NCBI GenBank assembly: GCA_048940925.1
Contig: JBHLOC010000012.1
Coordinates: 1 to 64,000 of the forward strand
DNA from: Promethearchaeota archaeon
Lineage (GTDB): Archaea; Asgardarchaeota; Lokiarchaeia; Sigyniarchaeales; SOKP01
Reading direction: 5' to 3'
DNA: 64,000 nt
Shown here: piece by piece, positions 29,585-39,236 of the stretch
Layout: each line of letters opens with the position of its first letter
Numbering within the stretch: position 1 is the stretch's first letter
Translations under genes and position numbers: made by a program
Notes under the pieces: generated by a model
Told to the model about the DNA's origin: nothing
The model's input: the letters and a program-made list of their open reading frames with translations, nothing else
Database searches by the model: none

Positions 29585-30364
29585 TTATTCTTTTTGACAA
29601 TGAGGACAATAAAATCCATGTCGTCCTGATATATCATAACGTTTTATTTCATTATCACAAATAGGGCATCGTTCTTCTTTTTGACGGTGGGATATTAAAA
29701 ATCTATTTGGATATGTGCTTAAGTCGCCTTGTTTTTCTATTCCAAACTTTAATACTTTTTTTATATTATCATATAATTCTTTTATTTTATTTTCATTTAA
29801 AGAATCAATTTTAGCGAGAGGATTAATCTTTGATTCGAATAAAATTTCATCCGAATAAATATTCCCAATTCCGGAGATAAAACTTTGATTTAATAGCGTA
29901 TTTTTAATTATAGCTGATCTTCTCTTTAGAGCTTTCTTAAAATCCTCAAAACTCATGTTAAAAGCATCAGGACCTAATTTTTTCTTTTCGATAAATTTCT
30001 CGATCGATTCTGATATATCTAATCTTCCAAACATTCTACGAGATATATAAGCTAAATTAAAACCATTTTCAAATTGATATATTACTTTACTGTATTTGGG
30101 TTCATCCTCCTTTTTATTATAATATTCTAAATCTCCAGTCATGCCAAAATGCATAATAAGATACTTTGGTTTAAGATACACTAAGAGATATTTACCATGA
30201 CGCGTTGTTGATTCAAATTGTTTATTTTTTAGAGCTTTTGTCAAATCTCGTATATTTACATTCAATACTCTGTGATCTTTTACTTTTATGGATTTTATTA
30301 CTTGCTTTAAAGATGTTTTATCTAAGTATCGTTTGAAAGTCTCTACTTCTGGAAGCTCTGGCAT
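29585..30364 (-). CDS. mutM: Fpg/Nei family DNA glycosylase (MutM)
   Basis: N-terminal MPELPEVE, RHGKYL, HFGMTG, H2TH SGIGNIYSDEIL, Zn finger CPIC...CPHCQ. Confidence 0.93.
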   Translation of the reverse strand: MPELPEVETFKRYLDKTSLKQVIKSIKVKDHRVLNVNIRDLTKALKNKQFESTTRHGKYLLVYLKPKYLIMHFGMTGDLEYYNKKEDEPKYSKVIYQFENGFNLAYISRRMFGRLDISESIEKFIEKKKLGPDAFNMSFEDFKKALKRRSAIIKNTLLNQSFISGIGNIYSDEILFESKINPLAKIDSLNENKIKELYDNIKKVLKFGIEKQGDLSTYPNRFLISHRQKEERCPICDNEIKRYDISGRHGFYCPHCQKE

Positions 30365-30490
30365 AATTGAAAAATGTAAGTAACCATTGACTAAAAGTTT
30401 AATGTAAACAAAAATCTATTTTATAGTTTATAAACCAAAGAATTAGATGGAATTTGAGTCCTATTTTAGGAAAAGAAGAATGTTCTTTTC

Positions 30491-31885
30491 CTATCCTTCA
30501 CTGAAAATATTTTTAATTTGATTTGCAATTATTTTACCATGAGCTACAGCTTCAACCACGCTCTTTGATCCAACTACGCAATCTCCACCTGCTAGCACTT
30601 TAGGAACACTTGTGAAGAATTTTTCATTTACCACGAATGTATTTCTTTTGGTAATTTTAAATTTCTTTCTATCAAAACCTCTTAGATCAGGCTCTTGACC
30701 AACTGCTTCAATAATATAATCTGCTTCTATTTTAACTTTGGTACCTTCAATTGGAATTGGAGTTGGTCTTCCACTTAAATCAATTTCCCCTAAATCCATC
30801 TTTTGACAAACTGCACCTTGAAACTCATTTTCAGTACAAACAAATTCCATAGGATTTATCAAAAATATCATATGTATTCCTTCATCTTCGGAATCTTCAA
30901 TTTCAACTTTTCCTGCAGGCATTTGCTCCTTCTCTCTTCGATATAAAATGGAGACATCTGCCCCGAGTCTCTTTGCAACTCTTGCTGCGTCAGTGGCTGT
31001 ACTTCCACCCCCTATAACGACTACTTTTTTTCCTTTCAGATCAGGCAACATCTTTTTCATATTATAACTTCTTAAGAACATCAGTGATTGCATAATAATT
31101 CTTGAATCTTCTCCAGGAACATTCAACCATTTAGCTTTCTGAGTGCCAATCCCTATAACTACAACATCAAATCCAGATTCAAATATCTCCTCTATTCTAA
31201 ATTTTTCATCAATTTTTCTATTAGTAATGATTTCAATCCCACACTTTTTTAGATGCTCTATTTCTGTATTTAAAACTGACCTTGGGAGACGAAATTCTGG
31301 GATTTCTGTTGCCATCATCCCTCCAACTAGATTTAGTTCTTCAAAGACAGTCACATTAAATCCATATTTTCTTAAGAAAAATGCAACTGTGAGGCCAAGG
31401 GGTCCAGAGCCTATTATGGCGACTTTTTTTCCTATATCAGGATTGCATTTATAGAAATCTTCAAGCGGTCTGTAGTTATCAACTAGATAACGTTTTATCA
31501 TAGGAATTTGAATTGAATCCCCTTTCTTTCCAGCAGTACAATGAAGCATGCAATACCCTGGACAAACTCTTTCAACGCTTCTAGGAAAAGGATAATGTTC
31601 ATAAATAATGTGGAGAGCATCTTCAATCTTTCCATCTAAAATATTTCTAATTATATCTCTAGAATTACAATGAGTTGGACAATAATTCATACAAGGAGGT
31701 GGTTTTACTTCAGGATCACTTTTTCTAAAACATTGATAGCATCGTTCGCATTCTTTAACGACCTCTTCGAGCTCTAAATATCCAAGATTAACTTCCTTGA
31801 AATTATCGACGCGATCTCCAATAGGTAAGTAATGACAAGCTACAGCTTTTTTACTTCTTACAGTTTTTTTCTGTTCTTCTGGCAA
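30491..31885 (-). CDS. GltD/SudA/NfnB-like FeS flavoprotein NAD(P)H oxidoreductase
   Basis: RVDNFKEV, ERCYQC..PC..CP, RVCP..C..C, IIGSGPLG, IPEFRLP, VIGGGSTA, YRR, AGGDCV. Confidence 0.88.
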   Translation of the reverse strand: MPEEQKKTVRSKKAVACHYLPIGDRVDNFKEVNLGYLELEEVVKECERCYQCFRKSDPEVKPPPCMNYCPTHCNSRDIIRNILDGKIEDALHIIYEHYPFPRSVERVCPGYCMLHCTAGKKGDSIQIPMIKRYLVDNYRPLEDFYKCNPDIGKKVAIIGSGPLGLTVAFFLRKYGFNVTVFEELNLVGGMMATEIPEFRLPRSVLNTEIEHLKKCGIEIITNRKIDEKFRIEEIFESGFDVVVIGIGTQKAKWLNVPGEDSRIIMQSLMFLRSYNMKKMLPDLKGKKVVVIGGGSTATDAARVAKRLGADVSILYRREKEQMPAGKVEIEDSEDEGIHMIFLINPMEFVCTENEFQGAVCQKMDLGEIDLSGRPTPIPIEGTKVKIEADYIIEAVGQEPDLRGFDRKKFKITKRNTFVVNEKFFTSVPKVLAGGDCVVGSKSVVEAVAHGKIIANQIKNIFSEG

Positions 31886-32053
31886 TTTAATTCTACTTAC
31901 TCAATACTTAAAACATAAATAACTTATCTAACTCTATCGACTAAAACAGCAAAATTAGAGTCTTATATTCATGGATAATTAAAGACTTATAAAAATTGAG
32001 GTTTTAAAATAAAAGGTACCTATATTACATAACATAAAAAATAAAGCTGTAGT

Positions 32054-32122
32054 TCCAACAGTAATTTCAGGTAATTCTATAAGTGCTCCAATAATTAATA
32101 GACTAATAGTTTGAAAGAGAAT
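32054..32122 (-). pseudogene. Remnant of a GPH-type MFS transporter C-terminal helix
   Basis: Translates ILFQTISLLIIGALIELPEITVG, matching NLFQSLGVFLLGAINELPEITIG in the 35220 MFS. Confidence 0.55.
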
Positions 32123-32127
32123 TTACC

Positions 32128-33054
32128 TTAGATTTTGTACAATTCTGTTGTTAGATATCTTTCTCCAGTATCTGGTAAAATCACAACTATATTTTCTCCT
32201 TTTTCAAAATCTTTTGAAGCTTCATATAAAGCAGCCCAAGCATTTGCTCCAGAAGATATTCCAGCGAAAATTCCTTCTAATCGTGCTAACTTTCTTGCTG
32301 TAGCTATGGCATCTACTTCTTCTACAGTTATTACTCTGTCGTAAATTTCAGTATTCAACACTTCTGGGATAAATCCTGCTCCAATTCCTTGTATTTTATG
32401 TGGACCAGGATTTCCTCCAGATAATACAGGTGAATCTTTAGGTTCTACAGCGTAAACCTTTAATCTCACACCAACTCTATCTTTTAAAATCTCTCCAACT
32501 CCCGTAATTGTTCCTCCAGTCCCTACACCAGCGACAAAACCATCAATTTGACCAGATAAATCATTAAAAATTTCCTTTGCAGTAGTTCTTCGATGAATAT
32601 CAGGATTAGCTAAATTTTTAAATTGTTGTGGAATGAACACATTTCCTTTTTCTTTTGCTACTTCTTCTGCTTTTTCAATAGCTGCCTTCATACCTCCCGA
32701 AGCGGGGGTTAATATTATATCGGCTCCAAATGCTTTCAAAATTTGGCGTCTTTCTACAGACATACTATCAGGCATTGTAAGAATTAATTTATACCCTTTA
32801 GCAGCACATACAAGAGCTAACCCTATTCCTGTGTTTCCAGATGTTGGTTCTAAAATAATTGTATCTTGAGATATCAATCCTTCTTCTTCTGCTTTTTCAA
32901 TCATAGACATTCCAATTCTATCTTTTACACTGCCCCCCGGATTAAAATATTCCAATTTTGCATAAATAGAGGGTTTGATATTTTCAGCAATTTTATTTAA
33001 CTTAACTAACGGAGTGTTGCCGATTGTTTCAATTATATTATTATATACTCCCAT
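32128..33054 (-). CDS. cysK: Cysteine synthase A (O-acetylserine sulfhydrylase)
   Basis: IGNTPLV, NPGGSVKDR (PLP Lys), EPTSGNTG, GVGTGGT, HKIQGIGAGFIP, PDTGERYL. Confidence 0.96.
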   Translation of the reverse strand: MGVYNNIIETIGNTPLVKLNKIAENIKPSIYAKLEYFNPGGSVKDRIGMSMIEKAEEEGLISQDTIILEPTSGNTGIGLALVCAAKGYKLILTMPDSMSVERRQILKAFGADIILTPASGGMKAAIEKAEEVAKEKGNVFIPQQFKNLANPDIHRRTTAKEIFNDLSGQIDGFVAGVGTGGTITGVGEILKDRVGVRLKVYAVEPKDSPVLSGGNPGPHKIQGIGAGFIPEVLNTEIYDRVITVEEVDAIATARKLARLEGIFAGISSGANAWAALYEASKDFEKGENIVVILPDTGERYLTTELYKI

Positions 33055-33095
33055 ATACTCACCACATCATACCTAAATATTTTTTAAAATGTGTA

Positions 33096-33947
33096 TTAAA
33101 TTCCTTCACCATATTCTCCAAAGAAAATTTCGATATCATCTTTTTTTGATTCCCTTTCATTTTTGCTAAAAATCCTATTCTCTAATTCTTTAATTCTCTT
33201 ATCTAAAGTTCTTATTGTTATTGTGAGAGGGTCAGGTAAATCACCATGACGCAAATCTATTTTCTCAATCTTTTCACCCTCTCTTGAAATCACCTTACCA
33301 GGTACACCCACTACAACAGAATTTGGTGGTACATCAGTCACTACCACAGAATTAGCTCCAATTTTTACATTATCTCCAATTTTAACCGGACCTAAAATTT
33401 TTGCTCCAGTACCTATTACAATATTATTACCTAATGTAGGATGTCTTTTTACAGGGGCAATATTAGTCCCTCCTAAGACCACTCCTGAAAATATAGTGAC
33501 ATTATTTCCAATTTCCGTAGTTTCTCCAATGACACAGCCAGTTCCGTGGTCTATAAAAAAGTCACTTCCAATTTCGGCACCTGGGTGAATTTCTATTCCT
33601 GTTAACTCTCGAGCAATCTCAGATATATATCTGGGGATAAATGGCATTCCCATCTTCCAAAAAAAATGTGCAATGCGGTGTAAGAGAATCGCTTTTATTC
33701 CAGGATAACTTGTTAATACTTCAATGAGAGATTTCGCTGCTGGATCCTTGTTAAAAGCAACATTTACATCTGAAATGAAAAAATCTAATATTTTTTGGAG
33801 ATAACGATCAATTTGTTTATGATTTAAATCAGTGATTTGAAAATTTAAACCTAAGACACATTCAGCACAAAAGTTATTATTAGTTTTACTATCCGCAGCA
33901 ATCTTCTTGCCACAATTTAAACAATGTAATAATTCTTCTTTTTCCAT
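33096..33947 (-). CDS. cysE: Serine O-acetyltransferase with N-terminal Zn-finger
   Basis: DPAA, YPG, TGIEIHPGA, FIDHGTG, LGGT..KRHPTLG, VGVPG; extra CLNC..CAEC. Confidence 0.94.
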   Translation of the reverse strand: MEKEELLHCLNCGKKIAADSKTNNNFCAECVLGLNFQITDLNHKQIDRYLQKILDFFISDVNVAFNKDPAAKSLIEVLTSYPGIKAILLHRIAHFFWKMGMPFIPRYISEIARELTGIEIHPGAEIGSDFFIDHGTGCVIGETTEIGNNVTIFSGVVLGGTNIAPVKRHPTLGNNIVIGTGAKILGPVKIGDNVKIGANSVVVTDVPPNSVVVGVPGKVISREGEKIEKIDLRHGDLPDPLTITIRTLDKRIKELENRIFSKNERESKKDDIEIFFGEYGEGI

Positions 33948-34321
33948 TTTTAACTTGATTTATCTTTATTGAATCTAAAAATCTTTTTTCTTATTATATT
34001 TTATTGTCAAATATTTCAAATAATTTATTATTATAGAAAATAAATTTGTTTTACTATAGATTTCATTTCATACCTTAAATCTCTATGTTTTTTAAAAATA
34101 AATTGCTTACAAATCTTTTGTTTCCACCTTTATAATAATCATTTGAATTTTTTCAACTCATCCCTGAAATCAAACCAAACAATTTCTCCAATAATCTATA
34201 AAAATTAGATAACTAATACTTTTATTATGAAAATCATATATATTAATGCAAATAACATTTATTTTTACCAATTTCGAATCCAATCAAGTTATATTTAAAA
34301 TTAAGAATGTTGGAACACTAA

Positions 34322-35164
34322 GTGATAAAAGTGACTCTTGTTAAGATTAGAGATACTGAGTTATTTTATACCGAATTTGGTATAAAAATTCCCTTTTTAG
34401 TTATGCATGGAGGATTAGGGTTTGATCATAGCTATTTTCGACCTTTTCTTGATCCTTTAGAAAACATTTTTAAACTAATTTTTTACGATCACAGAGGTCA
34501 TGGACGTTCTGGAAGACCTCCAATTAATACAATTACATATGAACAGCTTGCTGATGATGCTAATGAGCTTCGTGAAAAGTTAGGTTATAATAGAGTAGGA
34601 ATTATGGGACACTCCGCAGGTGGATATGTTGCATTAGAATACGCAATTCGATACCCCCAAAATATTAGTTATTTAATTCTCTTAGATACTGCCCCAGCAT
34701 TTGATTATTTAGAGGAAGTAATGATAAATGTAAAAAATAAAAATCCACCAGCTGAAATTATAGCTACATTGAATGCTCCTGTAGCATCTTCTAAAGAAGG
34801 TTTTAGAGATCAATTCAAAATTTTAATACCCTTGTATTTCTATGACTTTAATTCTGGAATTAGAGAAATGGTGTATAAAATGATTGATAGAGTTATAATG
34901 AATCATGAAATGGCGGCCCTTAATGATGAATTGATGCCAAAATTTAATGTTAGTTCACAATTATCCGAGATTTTAGCCCCTACTTTAATTTTAGTGGGAA
35001 AAGATGATTTTATATGTCCCGTCTCTCAAGCTAAACGTATGAATGACAATATTCCAAACTCTAACCTTCATGTATTTAAAAATTGTGGTCATTTCCCTTT
35101 TATTGAATCATCAAAAGAATTTTTAAAGGTTATTCATGAATGGTTCAAAAACGTACATCATTAA
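34322..35164 (+). CDS. Alpha/beta hydrolase (proline iminopeptidase-like)
   Basis: HGGLG, YDHRGHGRS, GHSAGG, GKDDFI, CGHFPFIE. Confidence 0.9.
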   Translation: MIKVTLVKIRDTELFYTEFGIKIPFLVMHGGLGFDHSYFRPFLDPLENIFKLIFYDHRGHGRSGRPPINTITYEQLADDANELREKLGYNRVGIMGHSAGGYVALEYAIRYPQNISYLILLDTAPAFDYLEEVMINVKNKNPPAEIIATLNAPVASSKEGFRDQFKILIPLYFYDFNSGIREMVYKMIDRVIMNHEMAALNDELMPKFNVSSQLSEILAPTLILVGKDDFICPVSQAKRMNDNIPNSNLHVFKNCGHFPFIESSKEFLKVIHEWFKNVHH

Positions 35165-35219
35165 ATAAGCAGATGTTAAAAAAATCAATTATATTAATTT
35201 AATTATTCAAGTAATCTGT

Positions 35220-36521
35220 ATGAAATCAAAAAAATTATTAATATTTGGAATACCAAGAATAGGTTTAACTATAGTACTTGGTATTGAAGTTTATGCTCTA
35301 TTTGCTTTATATACGATAGGTTACCAATTAGCACCATTTTTCGTTGGGATTGCGTTATCTGCTGGATATCTTAGCACTGCTGTGTTCTCATTTTTATTTG
35401 GATGGATTAGTGATCGAAAATATACGAGATGGGGAAGGAGGAAACCCTATATTTTTATTTTTGCGCCTCTGATAGGAATTTCTTTCATTTTTTTAATGAT
35501 GCCCTCTTTAATTTTGCCTGATATGAAAAATAAATTTGTTCTTTTCATATGGTTATTAATCTGGGAGATAATATTCCGTTTAAGTTATAGTGTAACTACG
35601 CCTTATCAAGCATGGATGGCTGAGCAATTTGATGCTAATGAACGTCCAAAAGCCTCACAAATTCAGAATATATTTAATTTATTGGGAACTTTGATTTATT
35701 GGAGTTTTGCATTTTTAATTTTGACACAGGTTTTTGATCAAATCTCTTCAAGCCCCGATGTTATTCCATTCTCTTTTTCTATTTTCATATCTGTTTTTGG
35801 TATTATTACAATAATTCTTTTTTACTTAAACGTCTTTTTGATGCCAGTAGAACCACATTTTGAGATCGAATCGAATCTTATCGATATTTTAAAAGTAAGC
35901 TTAAAAAATAAGAACTTTATGGCTATTAGTTTTATGATTGGCTTTGCAAGTATAGCATGGGCTATGATAATTGCCCAGATGCTTCCATTTTTTGAATTGG
36001 TTTTAAATTTAAGTTTAATTGAGTATCTTTTAATTTTGATTGTTGAATTTGTGTGTGTTATCGTTTTCCTTGATATTTGGAGGAGGATAATACAGAAATT
36101 AGGAAAGAAGCGCAGCTTACTGAATAGTTTAATTTTAGCTATCTCAATACTTCCAATTACTTTATTAGGATTAGTACAATCCAATTATTCTTTAATAGTT
36201 GGGTTAATTTTCATGATTGCTATTGGTGCCTCCTTAGCAGGATGGTATTTGTTGCCATCAGTAATTTTTGCTGATATTGCTGAACATGATGAAAGGACTA
36301 CTGGAGAGTTAAAAGCTGGCACATATACTGGGCTTCCTGCAATTTTTCTAAACTTATTTCAAAGTCTAGGTGTATTCTTATTAGGAGCAATAAATGAATT
36401 ACCAGAAATCACTATTGGTCATTTATCATATTCTATTGGTTTAATTTTATGGGGGCCTATATGTTCATTGATTTTATTAATTTCTTGGATTTATACAAAA
36501 AAATACCTCTCTTTTGATTAG
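35220..36521 (+). CDS. MFS transporter, GPH/MelB-like
   Basis: GWISDRKYTRWGRRKPY, PYQAW, ADIAEHDE..TGE..AGTY. Confidence 0.9.
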   Translation: MKSKKLLIFGIPRIGLTIVLGIEVYALFALYTIGYQLAPFFVGIALSAGYLSTAVFSFLFGWISDRKYTRWGRRKPYIFIFAPLIGISFIFLMMPSLILPDMKNKFVLFIWLLIWEIIFRLSYSVTTPYQAWMAEQFDANERPKASQIQNIFNLLGTLIYWSFAFLILTQVFDQISSSPDVIPFSFSIFISVFGIITIILFYLNVFLMPVEPHFEIESNLIDILKVSLKNKNFMAISFMIGFASIAWAMIIAQMLPFFELVLNLSLIEYLLILIVEFVCVIVFLDIWRRIIQKLGKKRSLLNSLILAISILPITLLGLVQSNYSLIVGLIFMIAIGASLAGWYLLPSVIFADIAEHDERTTGELKAGTYTGLPAIFLNLFQSLGVFLLGAINELPEITIGHLSYSIGLILWGPICSLILLISWIYTKKYLSFD

Positions 36522-36670
36522 GTGACATTTTCTTATTAAATCATGAGAAGATTTCCTATTAAGTGAAAAATATTAAGTCAATGAATATTGCTGTTTTCAA
36601 ATATGGATATTATTGAAATTAATCGAATTAAAATAAGTTATATTTACCTGTTTTAAACTAATTTTTTGTA

Positions 36671-37510
36671 TCATTCCTCATCTTTATTATTTTCAAAGAT
36701 AGGAACTAATGAGTTTATATCAAGATTAACATTAATGCCCCTCTCTTTTTTGTGCTTATCATCAATCAGATTTGAGTAGGTTTCATAAAACTTTTCAGTT
36801 GCTATTTTCAATTTACGTCGCAATTCAATAGAATTATAATCACTAATCAAAATTCCTGTAATTCCCTTATAGGGCTCAAAAAGGATAGAACGTTTATCTT
36901 TTAGTAATTGACGCATAGTTCCTGAACTTTTAATTACTTCATCTGTGATAGCTGATATAGAACTTATTGCTCCTCCATAAATATCAATTAATTCCTGTTG
37001 AACATCATCTCCGATATTTTCTTGATAGATATGTTTAGCAATAAACGTGCTATTGATATCATCCATAAAGAGTAGTATTTGAGGTTTCGCTGGTTTGAAA
37101 TAGGTATTATTCCATTTCATAATATCTCGAGTAGATACAACTCCAGCTGGTTTACTATCTTTAGAAATCAATACCCGCTTAAAATTATGTTCAATCATGA
37201 ATCGAATGATGGTATCTATAGGTGTTTCTATATCTAACATGATTGTTGGTCCCTTCATAATTTCCTTAACTGAAATATCCGAAAGGTTATGCTCTTCCAT
37301 GCCACGATCATTTAAAAAATTAATAATATCAGTCTTAGTTACTATAAAATATTCCTCTTTAGATGGGTCTTCAATAAATACAGCCGAAATATCGTTTTCA
37401 TGTAAAGATGTAATTACATCTTTAAATGTAGAATTAGTATCTAACATAATGACATGAGGTGTCATTATTTCTCCAGCAACAGCAGAATTCTCATTAGATT
37501 CTTCCATCAC
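36671..37510 (-). CDS. CBS-pair protein with C-terminal longin/roadblock-like domain
   Basis: AGEIMT..DISAVFI..IVTKTDI and VKEIMK..FKRVLI..GVVSTRDIM; C-terminal bb-a-bbb-a pattern with DIYGGAISSI, ILFE, GILI, LRRKL..F. Confidence 0.8.
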   Translation of the reverse strand: MMEESNENSAVAGEIMTPHVIMLDTNSTFKDVITSLHENDISAVFIEDPSKEEYFIVTKTDIINFLNDRGMEEHNLSDISVKEIMKGPTIMLDIETPIDTIIRFMIEHNFKRVLISKDSKPAGVVSTRDIMKWNNTYFKPAKPQILLFMDDINSTFIAKHIYQENIGDDVQQELIDIYGGAISSISAITDEVIKSSGTMRQLLKDKRSILFEPYKGITGILISDYNSIELRRKLKIATEKFYETYSNLIDDKHKKERGINVNLDINSLVPIFENNKDEE

Positions 37511-37634
37511 TCTTATTAATCACTTTCAGTTTATAAATCTATAGTTATAAGAAAAATAATCATTTTATCTTAAACATAAAGTAAACCAAAATTAGAGGGA
37601 AAGAATTTATGTATTTCAATAAACAATTATGAAG

Positions 37635-38171
37635 TTATACAAATTCAAACCTACACTTAGTACACACTTTTTTCTTCGCATAGATGCGTCTTGGTACATA
37701 GCTAATTATTTTGGTCTTGTCATCAACTTCTTTTATGGCAAAACCCATTGCACCACAATTAGGGCATTTTCTTTTATTTATTCTCTCAAAATCCTCTGAA
37801 ATGGATGCTGAAGTCAATTTTCGCTGTAATTCAGGAGATGTGGATGGTTTTGACTGGGGATATGATGGGAGTGCGGACGGCTGTGGACTTGGGTAAGATG
37901 GAGGAGTTGTAGGTCGCTTAGGGGTAGGTGATATACTAGCTCGCTGACTAGGGTAAGGTGCTGGTGGAGGAGGTTGAGATTGATTTGACATTTCTTTAAT
38001 AAGTGTTTTTAATTGAGTAATTTCATTAGTTAATCGAGAGATTTGATTCTCTTTTTCAGCAACAAGTGCTTGATAATAGTGAAGTCTAGAAAATAAATCA
38101 TTAATCTGATTTGATAATTTATTTAGCATATCTTCATATTCAGGATTAGACTCTTCCATGTTATTATACAT
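37635..38171 (-). CDS. Coiled-coil + Pro/Ser-rich linker + C-terminal Zn ribbon protein
   Basis: Heptad pattern aa ~10-62, PPPPAPYP linker, CPNCG...CTKC. Confidence 0.8.
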   Translation of the reverse strand: MYNNMEESNPEYEDMLNKLSNQINDLFSRLHYYQALVAEKENQISRLTNEITQLKTLIKEMSNQSQPPPPAPYPSQRASISPTPKRPTTPPSYPSPQPSALPSYPQSKPSTSPELQRKLTSASISEDFERINKRKCPNCGAMGFAIKEVDDKTKIISYVPRRIYAKKKVCTKCRFEFV

Positions 38172-38646
38172 GCTATATTCTATACCTTACTTTTTGCTCT
38201 ATAATTGAATTTTTCTATAGTATTTAGTTTGAATGAACATTTAAATCTTGTTAGGAAAAATGATTTTTGAATTTTTTTTAAAAAACAGGAACAATACTTC
38301 CGAAGTTTAGTAGAGGTGAATAAACTACTCATAATCTAAGATAATCTCTTTTAAATTCGACTTTCAACATTTTTTTTGGGAAAATAAAAGCAATGATAAT
38401 TAGAATTATCTCTAAAATAAGAAAACTCATGGACTTGAAATCCTCAATAATTAATTTCATATTACGTTATGATTTATAGAATAGTTGTAAAAAACATTGT
38501 AAAATTCAATTGATATAAATTCTCATATATGTGGGTAAAATTATAATGAAATTATTCTCTTATCTAGATAATGCTAATATATTATTATTCAAATCGGTAT
38601 AAAAGATTATTTAAATTAACTTAATAATAAGAAGAATTTACACATT

Positions 38647-39111
38647 CTAATATTGAAATTCTTTTAATCGACCATAATTCTCTATTTTATTGTATTTCTT
38701 ATTTTTCGAGTTAAAATGAATATATATAGGAGAATCATTAAGGATCGGAAAAGACTTAAAAATTGTTCTATCTGCGTATCTGAGCGCCTTCAAAACTAGT
38801 GGCAAATGATAACGAAATATTCTTTCTCGCATATGTGCCCATCCAAATATAAATCCTCCGCTAACATGAAGATAAAGATGTAACTCATAAACATTATTAT
38901 TAAATTGCCACTCAGCTAAGACCTCATCTCTCATCAATCGTGTATAAAAACTTGAGATCTGTTTATAATCGTATTGAGATGCTATTGTGAGAAATAAATC
39001 ACCTGTTGAATCAGAATGAGTTAAAGTATATTTCCGTGGGAGAATAAAATTCGCTGGATCTACAGAATCCTTATATACAACATGTAATTTTTCAGGATTA
39101 AAATCTGCCAT
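38647..39111 (-). CDS. Stay-green (SGR) family protein
   Basis: FNPEKL, PRKYTLTHSD.TG.LFL, RDEVLAEW, H.SGG, IF..HLPLVL, HFNS. Confidence 0.92.
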   Translation of the reverse strand: MADFNPEKLHVVYKDSVDPANFILPRKYTLTHSDSTGDLFLTIASQYDYKQISSFYTRLMRDEVLAEWQFNNNVYELHLYLHVSGGFIFGWAHMRERIFRYHLPLVLKALRYADRTIFKSFPILNDSPIYIHFNSKNKKYNKIENYGRLKEFQY

Positions 39112-39236
39112 TTTTACATTAAATTTATTTCAAAATAAGGTTTAAAAATTTCTCTTATAAACAATTAATGAAAACTATTTAATCCTTTCTGTAGTTAAAA
39201 ATGCAATAAAAGAAAAAATAAAGTTGAATTTGATAA

